Sequence record: SRR31156797_1719
Strand: one strand, 5' to 3'
Length of the DNA stretch: 57,020 nucleotides
The position numbers and the translations under genes are program-made. The notes beneath the pieces were generated by a model that saw only the letters and a program-made list of their open reading frames with translations, did no database searches and was not told where the DNA came from. Positions 1-9,692 of this stretch are shown one piece after another; position 1 is the first letter of the stretch; every line of letters begins with the position of its first letter.

Positions 1-434
1 TGACGTTAGCAGGGTTTATTAGTGGCTTAGTGTACGGAAAGTTCTTTCAGATTTTTCGCCAATTTACCCCTGTGGTTGGTGGGGGAGTGGCAACGATCAG
101 TTTCTTTTTGCTTTCGATGGCTACTAACATCTATGCAGTGACTAGTTATCTTGTGTTGATTGGATTTTGTTTATCTTTGTTCATTCCTTACATCTTTGGT
201 GCTTTGCTGGGCGCTGCACCAAAAGGATCAGAAACATTAGCAGTTTCGGTGGGGATGGTCGGCTCGAATCTAGGGTCTTTTTCTTCCCCTTACATTAGTT
301 CTTTTTTCGCTCGTATTTTTGGAAACACCACAGCAAGTTTTGCTTTAGGAATTGCTGGTGCTGGCTTTCTTATGTTAACGGTGATTTTCTTTGTGGATAT
401 TTTAAGAAAAAGAAAGCAGGTAGCCAATAACTAA
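1..434 (+). CDS. MFS transporter, C-terminal part (5' end outside window)
   Basis: Frame open from window edge; several TM helices with G-rich MFS-like segments (GSNLGSFSSPYI). Confidence 0.7.
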   Translation, partial: TLAGFISGLVYGKFFQIFRQFTPVVGGGVATISFFLLSMATNIYAVTSYLVLIGFCLSLFIPYIFGALLGAAPKGSETLAVSVGMVGSNLGSFSSPYISSFFARIFGNTTASFALGIAGAGFLMLTVIFFVDILRKRKQVANN

Positions 435-454
435 ATGATTTTGCTGAACACACC

Positions 455-1453
455 CTAATGAGTTTTTTCATGGCTCCGCATACTTTTGGGAGTCGTTTGA
501 AACACTCGTTTAAATTGCCGATAAAAATAGCTTGTGGAGTGAAAGCCTGCAGTAGCAGCAATTTCTTCTATTGAATAAGTCGAATGCAACAGTAAATCTT
601 TCGCAACTAATAGCCTTTTTTGGAGGAGAGTCTCTTGGAAATTTTTCCCAGTTCCTTTTTTTAACGCGTTGCTGATATAGTTTGCATTGAAGTTGAAGAC
701 TTGACTAAGCTCGTTTAAGGACACACTTTGGTAGTGTTCATCAATATATTCAAGAACATCAAGCGCATTAAACTGACTGGTCTGATTTCTACTAACTTCG
801 ATCGTATAAAGCCGCATCAATTCTGAGAGGATCAGTTGTAAATATTGGCTAATAAAACGAAAATCGATGACTTCTGATCGCCAGTACTCTTGCAACAGTA
901 ATTGAACTTGGGTATGTAAGTGCGGCGTAGAGCTGGTATGAAAAAGTAGGAACTGATCATGTTGGGCTTGTTCATCAAATGCAGTAGCCAAAAAATTCCC
1001 GATCAAGCTATTATTACGTTCTAACTGTAGGCAAAATAATGAAGTAAAGGTTTGATCATTAATTAATATATTGATGAGTAAGTCGTCTTCTTTTAATGGA
1101 TCGATAGAGTGGGGAACATCGCGATCTAACACACAAAAATCGCCTTCAGTCAGGAGTATTTTTTGACCTTTGATGTATTGGGTACATTCGCCACTATAAA
1201 CATAATTTATTTCAATAAAGTCATGAATGTGTTCGATCATCGGCCCAAAACGATTGTGCTTTGCAATATATACCTGATTTCCTTGGAAAAACGGGGCTTT
1301 GGGCAGTCGGAAATGACCTGTCGCAGAATCAAATAAATCGTTACCATTATCTGAAAGGTTCGGAATATTATTGATGCTCGTCCCTGTTTTTCGTTGTTCT
1401 TTTTCGTAGTCATTGATCTCTCTAAGGTAGGTTTCTAATTCTTGTTGATTCAA
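455..1453 (-). CDS. AraC-family transcriptional regulator (cupin + double HTH)
   Basis: EHIHDFIEINYV cupin motif; SIEEIAATAGFHSTSYFYRQFK AraC signature; TTG start with GGAGG RBS. Confidence 0.92.
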   Translation of the reverse strand: MNQQELETYLREINDYEKEQRKTGTSINNIPNLSDNGNDLFDSATGHFRLPKAPFFQGNQVYIAKHNRFGPMIEHIHDFIEINYVYSGECTQYIKGQKILLTEGDFCVLDRDVPHSIDPLKEDDLLINILINDQTFTSLFCLQLERNNSLIGNFLATAFDEQAQHDQFLLFHTSSTPHLHTQVQLLLQEYWRSEVIDFRFISQYLQLILSELMRLYTIEVSRNQTSQFNALDVLEYIDEHYQSVSLNELSQVFNFNANYISNALKKGTGKNFQETLLQKRLLVAKDLLLHSTYSIEEIAATAGFHSTSYFYRQFKRVFQTTPKSMRSHEKTH

Positions 1454-1522
1454 GAGCGATATCCTCCTATTAATTTAAAACATGGTATGTAATAAAAGTA
1501 GCAAGAGAAAGGAAAGATAGCA

Positions 1523-2449
1523 ATGAAAACTTATTTGGCAATTGATATTGGTGGAACATATTTGAAATTCGCGCTAATCGATGCGTTTGGAAAAATGCAA
1601 GACGTCCAAAGAGAGAAAACGCCGCAAACCTTGTTCGGGTTAAAGCGATTGTTAGTATCGATCATAGCTGCACAAGGAGGAGATATTGCTGGTGTAGGAA
1701 TTTGTTGCCCTGGTAAAATCGATCATACTCAAGGGATAATATTTAATGGAGGGGCATTACCGTTTCTACATGAATTTGCTATTTGTGATTTTATTGAAAC
1801 AACATTTAATCTCCCTTGCTTAGTCTGCAATGATGGAAAGGCAGCAGCATTAGCTGAATTATGGTTGGGTAATCTAAAAGGAAAGAAGAACGCTGCAGCG
1901 ATCGTTTTAGGAACAGGCGTCGGAGGTGGAATCATTTTAGATGGAGCGATTCTTCAGGGAGAGCATTTTCAGGCAGGGGAATTGAGTTTTTTGCCACGAA
2001 CACCAGAATCTGGCGAAACAAAGAACCTCATGGGAGTTACGACTTCAGCTGTTCAATTTATTCAGCGTGCCGCAAAAGAATTAGGGTTACTAGATTTAGA
2101 TGATGGAAAAGCTGTTTTTGAGGCATTAGAAATGGGGGATCCACGAATAAAAGAGCTATTTAAAAATTATTGTCGAGAAGTTGTTCATATTATTTTGACG
2201 TTGCAAGCTGTGCTAGACATTGAAAAAGTAGTGATTGGTGGAGGTATTAGTCAGCAACCGCAATTGATCAGGGAAATTAAAGTTCTTTACCAGAATGTCA
2301 AGAAGCAGTCTTCTTTGGTTGAGGAAACCATCACTTCTGTTGTTATCGAAAAATGTAAATTTGGTAATGAAGCCAATCTTCTAGGGGCGCTTTATTTGCT
2401 GCAATTAAAAATAAACGAGAAACAAAAAGATGTGTTTAACAATGACTAA
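1523..2449 (+). CDS. ROK-family sugar kinase
   Basis: AIDIGGT, NDGKAAALAE, LGTGVGGG, AGE motifs; no N-terminal HTH; AAAGGA RBS. Confidence 0.92.
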   Translation: MKTYLAIDIGGTYLKFALIDAFGKMQDVQREKTPQTLFGLKRLLVSIIAAQGGDIAGVGICCPGKIDHTQGIIFNGGALPFLHEFAICDFIETTFNLPCLVCNDGKAAALAELWLGNLKGKKNAAAIVLGTGVGGGIILDGAILQGEHFQAGELSFLPRTPESGETKNLMGVTTSAVQFIQRAAKELGLLDLDDGKAVFEALEMGDPRIKELFKNYCREVVHIILTLQAVLDIEKVVIGGGISQQPQLIREIKVLYQNVKKQSSLVEETITSVVIEKCKFGNEANLLGALYLLQLKINEKQKDVFNND

Positions 2450-2464
2450 CGAGTGGAACCAAAG

Positions 2465-2503
2465 GCCTACAGGAGGAAATGTTCTTTCCTGTAGGTGTTT
2501 TTC
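2465..2503 (+). terminator. Intrinsic terminator after ROK gene
   Basis: GCCTACAGGAGGAA...TTCTTTCCTGTAGGT followed by T-tract. Confidence 0.7.
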
Positions 2504-2601
2504 TATGGGCAATTGTTTGTGAAGGATGAATGAAACGTGGTCTGTCGCTTGTTCTTTTTTTGTTTTTGGTTGCTGTACCCGCTCTCATTGTCAATCCTTC
2601 C

Positions 2602-2662
2602 TTGACAATAGATAGGTACCTATGTAAAATGGAGAGCGGACTTTTAATTAGGTACCTATCTA
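2602..2662 (+). promoter_or_regulatory. SigA promoter with two MarR operators (TAGGTACCTA)
   Basis: TTGACA 2602-2607, 17 bp, TAAAAT 2625-2630; palindrome ATAGGTACCTAT 2612-2623 in spacer; second TAGGTACCTA 2649-2658. Confidence 0.8.
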
Positions 2663-2694
2663 AATAGTGAAGAGGCGAAAGGAGCTGAAGGTCG

Positions 2695-3135
2695 ATGGTT
2701 TCCGAACAAGAAATCGTGGAACGATTGTTTGAAGTGTATAAATTAAATCGGCGGTATGCGGAACAAAAATATGGGCGCTTTATGCCAGGTCGGGGACAGT
2801 TCAATTGCCTACTGGTATTGGACGAAAAAGGGACGTTGACCCAAAAAGATCTCGCCGCGTATTTAGCGATTCGTTCGACATCCACTGGCGAACTACTAAA
2901 GAAACTGGCTGAAAAAGGGCTGATCCAAAAAGAAGTCGATCCGAAAGATAAACGCAGCCATTTGATTTCGCTGACAGAAGCAGGCAAGGAAGAGGCACAG
3001 CGAATGAAAGAAAAACGCAGTAAGGCGCACCAAGAAATGCTGACCTATTTGACGGCAGAAGAAAAACAAGCCTTTGGTCAAGCCTTAGCAAAAATCGAAC
3101 AGTTTTATCTTGAGAAGGAGGCGGACGTTGATTGA
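2695..3135 (+). CDS. MarR-family transcriptional regulator
   Basis: Winged HTH; LTQKDLA, DPKDKRS...LTEAG motifs. Confidence 0.93.
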   Translation: MVSEQEIVERLFEVYKLNRRYAEQKYGRFMPGRGQFNCLLVLDEKGTLTQKDLAAYLAIRSTSTGELLKKLAEKGLIQKEVDPKDKRSHLISLTEAGKEEAQRMKEKRSKAHQEMLTYLTAEEKQAFGQALAKIEQFYLEKEADVD

Positions 3136-4568
3136 GTGAAACAGTCCAACGAACGGAACGTCAGCGGACGCTGATTTTTATTAATTTAATGATTACATGT
3201 ATTGCCGTATCCATGTTGGCGACTGCCTTGACGACGGCTTTACCCGCCATCGTCACGGACCTGCAGATTTCCGTCACTACGGGACAATGGCTGACTAGCG
3301 GTTATTCCTTGGCGATGGCGATCGTTATGCCCTTGACCGCATATCTTATGAATCGTGTGCCAACCAAAAAGCTGTATCTCGCTGCCTTAGGAATTGCGTT
3401 GGTGGGCTTGCTGCTTTGTGCTGCAGCGCCCAATTTTCTAGTCATGATGCTTGCGCGTATTTTGCAGGCCGTGGGTAACGGGATCTTGACCGCAATGGCA
3501 CAAGTGATTCTCTTATCGATCTATCCGATCAATCGCATCGGTGTCGTGATGGGCTGGTATGGACTATCGATCACCGCGGCGCCCGTGATTGCACCGACTC
3601 TTGCTGGGTTGATCGTAGACCGCTTGAACTGGCATGCGATTTTTTATATCGTTGCCGTGATCGTTTTGATTTCACTGATTTGGGCCATAAAGGTTTTTGA
3701 TGATGTGTTGCCAGTAAGCAACAGCAAATTTGATCAGACCTCCTTTGTTTTGAGTGCCTTCGCCTTTGGTGGGATCACTTTAGGCTTTGGCAATATCGGC
3801 AGCTATGGCTTTTTCAGCTTGCCCGTTTTAGGAACCTTAGGGATCGGTTTGGTAGCAGGGATCTTCTTTGTCTTCCGTCAGTTAAGAGCGGAAACCCCAT
3901 TTTTGGATCTGCGGGTCTTAAAAACAAAAGAGTATGCCATCAGTGTCTTTGGCAGTATCATGCTTTACTTGGTCTTGATGGGTTCGGCGATGCTGATGCC
4001 GCTATACGTGCAGTCGATTTTAGGCAAATCAGCGACGATCTCGGGATTAGTCGTTTTGCCAGGCTCTCTGGTCTCGGCTTTCTTAAGTCCCGTGGCTGGG
4101 CGAATCTATGACAAAGTCGGCATCCGTTTGTTGACGCTTTTTGGCGGCGGCTCACTGGTCTTGAGCAACATCGGCATGTATTTTATCCATATGCACACGG
4201 GTATTTGGGTAGCAGTGGTTTTGAACATGCTGCGCTGTGCCGCCACAGGTTGTTTGTTGATGCCCTTCGTGACATGGGGAAATAAAAATATTCCGCCGCA
4301 GCTGACGGCGCATGGAACAGCGTTATTGACTTCTTTGCGGACTGTGGCAGGCGCCATCGGGACAGCACTATTTGTCGGGATCATGAATAGTGTGGCGCAA
4401 AAAAGCACGACCTTAACAGGAACAAGTGCACTGCTTCATGGGATGAATGTTTCTTTCTTATTGATGACGATCGCTTCTGGACTGCTGTTTGCAACGGGGC
4501 TATTCTTGATTCGTGATCAGAAGCCAGAAGCCGTTTGGCTAGAAGGGGCAGAAGAACCACTGGAATAA
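3132..4568 (+). CDS. DHA2 (14-TM) MFS drug efflux transporter, LmrB-like
   Basis: TALPAIV..L, QWLTSGY, ARILQAVG, APVIAPTLAG motifs; overlaps MarR stop. Confidence 0.92.
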   Translation: MSETVQRTERQRTLIFINLMITCIAVSMLATALTTALPAIVTDLQISVTTGQWLTSGYSLAMAIVMPLTAYLMNRVPTKKLYLAALGIALVGLLLCAAAPNFLVMMLARILQAVGNGILTAMAQVILLSIYPINRIGVVMGWYGLSITAAPVIAPTLAGLIVDRLNWHAIFYIVAVIVLISLIWAIKVFDDVLPVSNSKFDQTSFVLSAFAFGGITLGFGNIGSYGFFSLPVLGTLGIGLVAGIFFVFRQLRAETPFLDLRVLKTKEYAISVFGSIMLYLVLMGSAMLMPLYVQSILGKSATISGLVVLPGSLVSAFLSPVAGRIYDKVGIRLLTLFGGGSLVLSNIGMYFIHMHTGIWVAVVLNMLRCAATGCLLMPFVTWGNKNIPPQLTAHGTALLTSLRTVAGAIGTALFVGIMNSVAQKSTTLTGTSALLHGMNVSFLLMTIASGLLFATGLFLIRDQKPEAVWLEGAEEPLE

Positions 4569-4571
4569 AGA

Positions 4572-4600
4572 GGGGCACCTTTCTTTGAAGGGTGCTTTTC
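4572..4600 (+). terminator. Intrinsic terminator
   Basis: GGGCACCTTT...GAAGGGTGCTT followed by T-run. Confidence 0.6.
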
Positions 4601-4724
4601 TTGATTTATTTCATGAAACTCTATGAAAAACCAAAAAATTCGATATAATAAGATAACTTATGGTTTAGGAGGAGTATTTTTTTTCATTAAAGGCTTGCTT
4701 TAATGGAAAAAAATCAGGGAGAAA

Positions 4725-5630
4725 ATGAAGAATAAAGGTGTTTATTTTGGATTGTCTGCCTATGTCTTGTGGGGCTTGGTCACACTATATTGGAAAATAA
4801 TCGTTGGGGTTTCGCCATTAGCAACGATGTGCTACCGAATCGTGTGGTCCTTTGTTTTTATGGTGTTGTTTATCGTGCTTTCTGGGAAGAAAACGCAATT
4901 TTTACAAGAAGCGCGTCTGCTGTGGAAGAACAAAGCATTTGCTGGACTGATCGTTTTAGCTTCTGTGCTGATCTCCATCAACTGGTTCACCTTTATCTTC
5001 GCGGTGAGTGCGGGCCACGTGATGCAAGCCAGCTTAGGCTATTATATTAATCCGCTTGTCAATGTCTTGTTAGCGACCGTTTTTTTGAAGGAACGTCTTA
5101 GTCGTACTGGCATGCTGGCGTGTCTGCTGGCAAGTATCGGGGTGATCTTATTATCGATCCAAACAGGAACGATTCCTTATGCCTCACTGATCATGGCCTT
5201 TTCCTTTAGTACGTATGGCTTGATCAAAAAAAGGATCCCCATTAGTTCGGTTACTGGGTTAACGATCGAAACGATGGTGATTTTCCCCTTTGCGCTCGTG
5301 TATATTTTAGGATTTTCAACCGTCGGCTTTATGAATTATCCCTTGCAAACCAATCTCTTATTGATGGGTGCTGGGATCGTGACGGCTATTCCGCTGCTGC
5401 TGTTTGCGGAAGCCGCGAAAAATGTTTCTTACATTACGCTTGGGTTTATTCAATACGTCAACCCGACAATCATGCTTTTGTTAGCCATCTTTTTGTTTCA
5501 CGAAACCTATTCACTGGCCCAATTTTCCGCCTTTGCGTTTATTTGGCTGGGGATCGCTGTCTTCACCTATGGTACGTTAGGAACGACGATGAAAGAGCGG
5601 CGCATGGGACAGCAAAGAAAGCAACTTTGA
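4725..5630 (+). CDS. rarD: EamA/DMT-family transporter RarD
   Basis: AYVLWG, ASLGYYINPL, YGLIKK, LGFIQYVNPT motifs typical of RarD. Confidence 0.88.
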   Translation: MKNKGVYFGLSAYVLWGLVTLYWKIIVGVSPLATMCYRIVWSFVFMVLFIVLSGKKTQFLQEARLLWKNKAFAGLIVLASVLISINWFTFIFAVSAGHVMQASLGYYINPLVNVLLATVFLKERLSRTGMLACLLASIGVILLSIQTGTIPYASLIMAFSFSTYGLIKKRIPISSVTGLTIETMVIFPFALVYILGFSTVGFMNYPLQTNLLLMGAGIVTAIPLLLFAEAAKNVSYITLGFIQYVNPTIMLLLAIFLFHETYSLAQFSAFAFIWLGIAVFTYGTLGTTMKERRMGQQRKQL

Positions 5631-5763
5631 TACATCAGGAATGGCTGCAGCTGGGCCATTCCTTTTTTGATTAAAAAACAAAGCATTTTAGGTAGTGAAG
5701 GATGTTGCAAGGAGAATTGTTCAATGGTATAACAAAGGAAAAGCACGTTGCAGAAATTCTGAT

Positions 5764-5801
5764 TGAAAAGGGTTGCATCTGCCACAGGGGTGTGTTATTA
5801 T
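5764..5801 (+). promoter_or_regulatory. SigA promoter (extended -10) with overlapping cre-like site
   Basis: TTGCAT 5773-5778, 17 bp, TGnTATTAT ending 5801; TGAAAAGGGTTGCA 5764-5777 (2 mismatches to cre). Confidence 0.6.
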
Positions 5802-5815
5802 TCTTTCAGTTACAA

Positions 5816-5887
5816 GGATTGTTACTGTTCGGCAGGCAAAACCAGAATTGACCGTAGCGCGCTAATGGGGAGATTCTAGGTTTTTTT
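5816..5887 (+). promoter_or_regulatory. RAT (ribonucleic antiterminator) overlapping terminator t1
   Basis: GGATTGTTACTGTTCGGCAGGCAAAACC 5816-5843 matches BglG/LicT RAT consensus; overlaps AAAACCAGAAT...ATTCTAGGTTTTTTT hairpin. Confidence 0.92.
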
Positions 5888-5908
5888 ATTTTGGAGTGAG
5901 GGAAAACG

Positions 5909-6751
5909 ATGGTTATTGGGAAAATTTTAAATAATAATGTCGTCATCTCGACCAATGATGCCGGTCAGGAAGTGATCTATATGGGTCGAGGCATTGCGTT
6001 TAAGAAAAAAGTCGGCGATCCAGTGGATGAAGCCTTTGTCGAAAAAGAATTTGTGTTAAAGGATACCTTTACTGCAAATCAGTTTCAGCAATTGTTTTCA
6101 GACATTCCTGTGGAAGAAGTCGAAGCCGTCAAGCAAGTGGTTGATGATGCGGAAGCATCCTTGGGGATCGAGCTGTCGCCAAATATTTATTTGACACTGA
6201 CCGACCATATCCATTATGCGCTGGTTCGGGCACGTGAAGGCATTGAGCTGCCGAATCCATTGTTGTTTGAGACCCGCAAGTTTTATCCAAAAGAGTATGC
6301 GGTTGCAGCAGATGCCGTTGCTTATTTTGAAAAAGTCTTCGGGATTACATTGCCAGAATCGGAGATCGGCTTTATCGCTTTTCATATCGTCAATAGCGAA
6401 CAAGCCAATGGCACGATGGAAACCACGATGCAAGCGGTAGAGATCGTTCGTGACGTACTGGCGATCATCAGTCGTTTTTATGGACGGGTCTTTAACCCAG
6501 ATTCCTTGAATTATCAACGGATCACCACGCATTTGCAGTATTTTGCGCAGCGTTATTTAAGCGATGGACTTTCAGGGGAAAAAGATGAGTTTTTATTTGC
6601 CCTTGTGCAATCGAAGTACCCTAAAGCGTTTCAAACGGTCCAACGGATCAACGAGTACTTGATCAAAACCTACGACAAATCGATCGGTGAATCAGAAATG
6701 ATCTACTTAACGATCCACATCGAACGTGTCGTCAATGATCAAACCAATTAA
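5909..6751 (+). CDS. licT: BglG/LicT-family antiterminator (CAT + 2 PRD)
   Basis: KILNNNVV...MGRGIAFKKK CAT domain; LTDHI, FIAFHI, THLQY, YLTIHI PRD histidines. Confidence 0.93.
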   Translation: MVIGKILNNNVVISTNDAGQEVIYMGRGIAFKKKVGDPVDEAFVEKEFVLKDTFTANQFQQLFSDIPVEEVEAVKQVVDDAEASLGIELSPNIYLTLTDHIHYALVRAREGIELPNPLLFETRKFYPKEYAVAADAVAYFEKVFGITLPESEIGFIAFHIVNSEQANGTMETTMQAVEIVRDVLAIISRFYGRVFNPDSLNYQRITTHLQYFAQRYLSDGLSGEKDEFLFALVQSKYPKAFQTVQRINEYLIKTYDKSIGESEMIYLTIHIERVVNDQTN

Positions 6752-6766
6752 CATTCAATCATTAAC

Positions 6767-6866
6767 GGATTGTTACTGTCAGGCAGGCAATACCCAGATT
6801 GAAAAGACAACAGTCAGCGAGGAAAAAACTCGTTAGACGGTCGTTTTTTCAATCTGGGTTTTTTTA
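6767..6866 (+). promoter_or_regulatory. Second RAT overlapping terminator t2
   Basis: GGATTGTTACTGTCAGGCAGGCAATACC 6767-6794; stem ACCCAGATTGAAAA / TTTTCAATCTGGGT plus T-tract. Confidence 0.92.
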
Positions 6867-6888
6867 TTAAAAAAGGAGTGTTGAAAAA

Positions 6889-8760
6889 ATGAGTTCAAAT
6901 AAAGATATTGCAGTTCGCGTCCTTGATGCGGTGGGCGGCAAAGAAAATGTCAACAGCGTGGTGCATTGTGCGACCCGCTTGCGTTTCAAATTAAAAGATG
7001 AGCACAAAGCGGATACGGCACGCTTGAATCAAGACGACGATGTGATCCAAGTCGTTCAAAGCGGCGGTCAATACCAAGTGGTGATCGGCAGTCATGTCAG
7101 CGACGTTTACCGTGAATTGAATGGAGTAGCGAACTTTGATGGCGAAGCAGACAGCAAAGGCGACAAAGGCAATTTGTTGAATCAACTGGTGGATATTATT
7201 TCGTCGATCTTTACGCCGTTTTTAGGTGCAATGGCAGGTGCTGGGGTCTTAAAAGGATTCTTGACGCTGGCAGTCACCTTGAATTGGTTAGCGGCTGATT
7301 CTGGGGTCTACACTGTATTGTATGCGATTGCCGATGGGTTATTTACTTATTTACCAGTGATGTTGGCTTTTACTGCAGCGAAGAAGTTTCGTACCAATGA
7401 ATTTCTAGCGGTTTCCTTAGCGATGGCATTGGTTCATCCAGACATTACCGCTTTGGCTGGACAAACGTTGAGTTTCCTAGGCTTACCGGTCATTATTGGT
7501 GCGAGTGCTTATACGTCTTCCGTCATTCCGATTATATTAGCGGTCTTTTTACAAAGCTATGTGGAGCGTTTCTTTAAAAAAGTCATTCCTAGCTTCTTAC
7601 AGATCATCTGTGTACCTTTAGCGGTCTTCTTGATCATGGCGCCATTGACTTTTATTGTCGTCGGTCCACTAGGAACGATTTTAGGAAACTTGTTAGGTAG
7701 TGCTTACGACAGCATTTACCACTTTAGCCCACTGATCGCTGGGGCTGTCATGGGTGGTTTATGGCAAGTCTTTGTGATGTTTGGCATGCACTGGGGCTTT
7801 GTACCGATCATGATGTTGAATCTCAGCCAAACCGGTGTCGATACGATGGTGCCGATGTTGTTGCCAGCTGTCCTTTCTCAAGGGGGTGCAGCGCTAGCAG
7901 TGTTCTTTATGACAAAAAATGTAAAATTGAAAGGCCTGGCCCTTTCTTCAACGATCACCTCAATTTTTGGGATTACAGAACCGACGGTGTATGGGGTAAC
8001 CTTGCCATTGAAAAAACCATTTATCGCCGCGTGTATCAGTGGCGCCCTCGGTGGTGCCTTCATTGGCTTCAGCCAAGTCGAAAACTATACCTTTGGGTTA
8101 GTCAGCTTACTAAGTCTGCCGTCCTTTATCCCACAAGATACGAAAGATCTAAGTGGTCTGATCGCAGCTTCAATCGGAACGGCTATCGCTTTTGGCGCAG
8201 CGTTTGTCTTGACCTTCTTCTTACGTTTTGAAGATCAGCCAGCAACCGATGCCAGTGCAGCACCGGCAAAAGAGTCAGTTACACCCACAGATAGTTCGTC
8301 TAAAGAACGTGTGATCCTCAGTAGTCCGTTAGAAGGCAAAGTGGTTCCCTTAGCAGAAGTCAAAGACCAAGTCTTTTCTTCTGGTGCATTAGGAAAAGGC
8401 ATCGCCATCGAACCGACCGTCGGGGCTTTATATGCGCCAGCAGATGGCACCATCACGACGCTCTTTCCTACCGGCCATGCCGTTGGTTTGACCACTACGG
8501 ATGGAGCAGAAGTCTTGATGCATATTGGTATGGATACCGTGGAACTAGATGGCAAAGGCTTTGAGGTCTTTGTTAAACAAGACGATCAAGTCAAACGCGG
8601 TGATTTGTTGGTGAAGTTTGATCTAGATACGATCAAAGCAGCCGGCTTATCCACGATCACACCAATCGTTGTGACGAATACCCCGCAATATTTAGATGTG
8701 ATGGATATGAATCAATCCGATGTCTTGCAAGGAGAAGACTTCTTAGCCATCGTAAAATAA
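6889..8760 (+). CDS. bglP: PTS beta-glucoside EIIBCA
   Basis: HCATRLRF EIIB Cys; FGMHW and GITEP EIIC; GHAVG...HIGMDTV EIIA. Confidence 0.92.
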   Translation: MSSNKDIAVRVLDAVGGKENVNSVVHCATRLRFKLKDEHKADTARLNQDDDVIQVVQSGGQYQVVIGSHVSDVYRELNGVANFDGEADSKGDKGNLLNQLVDIISSIFTPFLGAMAGAGVLKGFLTLAVTLNWLAADSGVYTVLYAIADGLFTYLPVMLAFTAAKKFRTNEFLAVSLAMALVHPDITALAGQTLSFLGLPVIIGASAYTSSVIPIILAVFLQSYVERFFKKVIPSFLQIICVPLAVFLIMAPLTFIVVGPLGTILGNLLGSAYDSIYHFSPLIAGAVMGGLWQVFVMFGMHWGFVPIMMLNLSQTGVDTMVPMLLPAVLSQGGAALAVFFMTKNVKLKGLALSSTITSIFGITEPTVYGVTLPLKKPFIAACISGALGGAFIGFSQVENYTFGLVSLLSLPSFIPQDTKDLSGLIAASIGTAIAFGAAFVLTFFLRFEDQPATDASAAPAKESVTPTDSSSKERVILSSPLEGKVVPLAEVKDQVFSSGALGKGIAIEPTVGALYAPADGTITTLFPTGHAVGLTTTDGAEVLMHIGMDTVELDGKGFEVFVKQDDQVKRGDLLVKFDLDTIKAAGLSTITPIVVTNTPQYLDVMDMNQSDVLQGEDFLAIVK

Positions 8761-8765
8761 GCAAA

Positions 8766-8810
8766 AGAAACCCGATCCTCGACTGAATATCAGCAAGGAT
8801 CGGGTTTTTT
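8766..8810. terminator. Terminator after PTS gene
   Basis: AAACCCGATCCT...AGGATCGGGTTT plus T-run. Confidence 0.75.
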
Positions 8811-8947
8811 GTAAGAAAATAAGGCGCAGTTGCCCTTCTCGCTTGCCTGACACGGTGGCAAACGCTTGTCACAGCGCGAGTTAAGAGCAAGACCAACGTC
8901 AGGAACGCCTACGCAGGGAAAACCCGAACATTCTTGGGAACTGCTCC

Positions 8948-9619
8948 TTACACATGGCTTAAATTTTCGGCAAGCGACTCTAAAGCGGGGAAATCGAGAA
9001 TTGCATAGCCCTGTTTTTGTTTTTCAATCAGCTTGTCTTCTCGAAAGCTGGTAAAGGTTCGCAGCAGGTGGCGATAGCTGACATTCAAGATCGCCGCACA
9101 GGTGGTCAACTGAAAGGAAAAGTGTTGATTTTCTTGATGCGCAAGAATAAATTTGGCCAACCGTGTCTCTACAGGTTCCGTCAATGAATTCGCTAAGTTG
9201 ATCCCCGAATTCAAGCGGGAACTGAGCAACTGACAGATGGTTTGCAAAAAGCGGACGTCTTGTTGCAAGGTGTTGCGGTAACGATTCAAAGGGATGCAGA
9301 CACAGACGCAAGCAGAAGCGGCTTTGACACTGCTTTTCGGCAAGAGTTCCCACAAAGAGGAAGCTTCTCCTAAAGGTGCAGCTGGCTTGGCGTAATCAAT
9401 ACAAATCGTTTGGGTATCCGAAGAGAAGGAATAGACCATCACGGTTCCTTCTACGAGAAAATACAAGTATTCAGAAGGCGTACCCGTTCGAATCAGGTGC
9501 TCTTCTTTTTCAAAGGAATGCAAAGTGGCCATCGCTAACAAATCATTGTCCATATAAGATTGCAGATCGTATGTGTCAATGTAATTACTGAGGCGTGCGG
9601 TATCATCGATTTTTTTCAT
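8948..9619 (-). CDS. Crp/Fnr-family regulator (cNMP-binding domain + HTH), YeiL-like
   Basis: LYFLVEG, LGEASSL beta-roll; RLAKFIL; ILNVSYRHLLR recognition helix; AGGAG RBS; promoter TTGAGT-17-TATACT (9680-9652). Confidence 0.88.
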   Translation of the reverse strand: MKKIDDTARLSNYIDTYDLQSYMDNDLLAMATLHSFEKEEHLIRTGTPSEYLYFLVEGTVMVYSFSSDTQTICIDYAKPAAPLGEASSLWELLPKSSVKAASACVCVCIPLNRYRNTLQQDVRFLQTICQLLSSRLNSGINLANSLTEPVETRLAKFILAHQENQHFSFQLTTCAAILNVSYRHLLRTFTSFREDKLIEKQKQGYAILDFPALESLAENLSHV

Positions 9620-9692
9620 GGAAATCAGCCACTCCTGAATGGTTTTCTTTAAGTATAGCTTAGTTCCCCTTTCGACTCAACACGAACGATAA

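Noticed and set aside
2436-2987. 183-aa antisense ORF and the many other overlapping short ORFs in the track
   Set aside because: Shadows of well-supported genes; no RBS or recognisable motifs
4613-4630. ATGAAA direct repeat upstream of rarD, similar to one at 40271-40287 near ldt
   Set aside because: Short, AT-rich and with different spacing (10 vs 11 bp); could be chance
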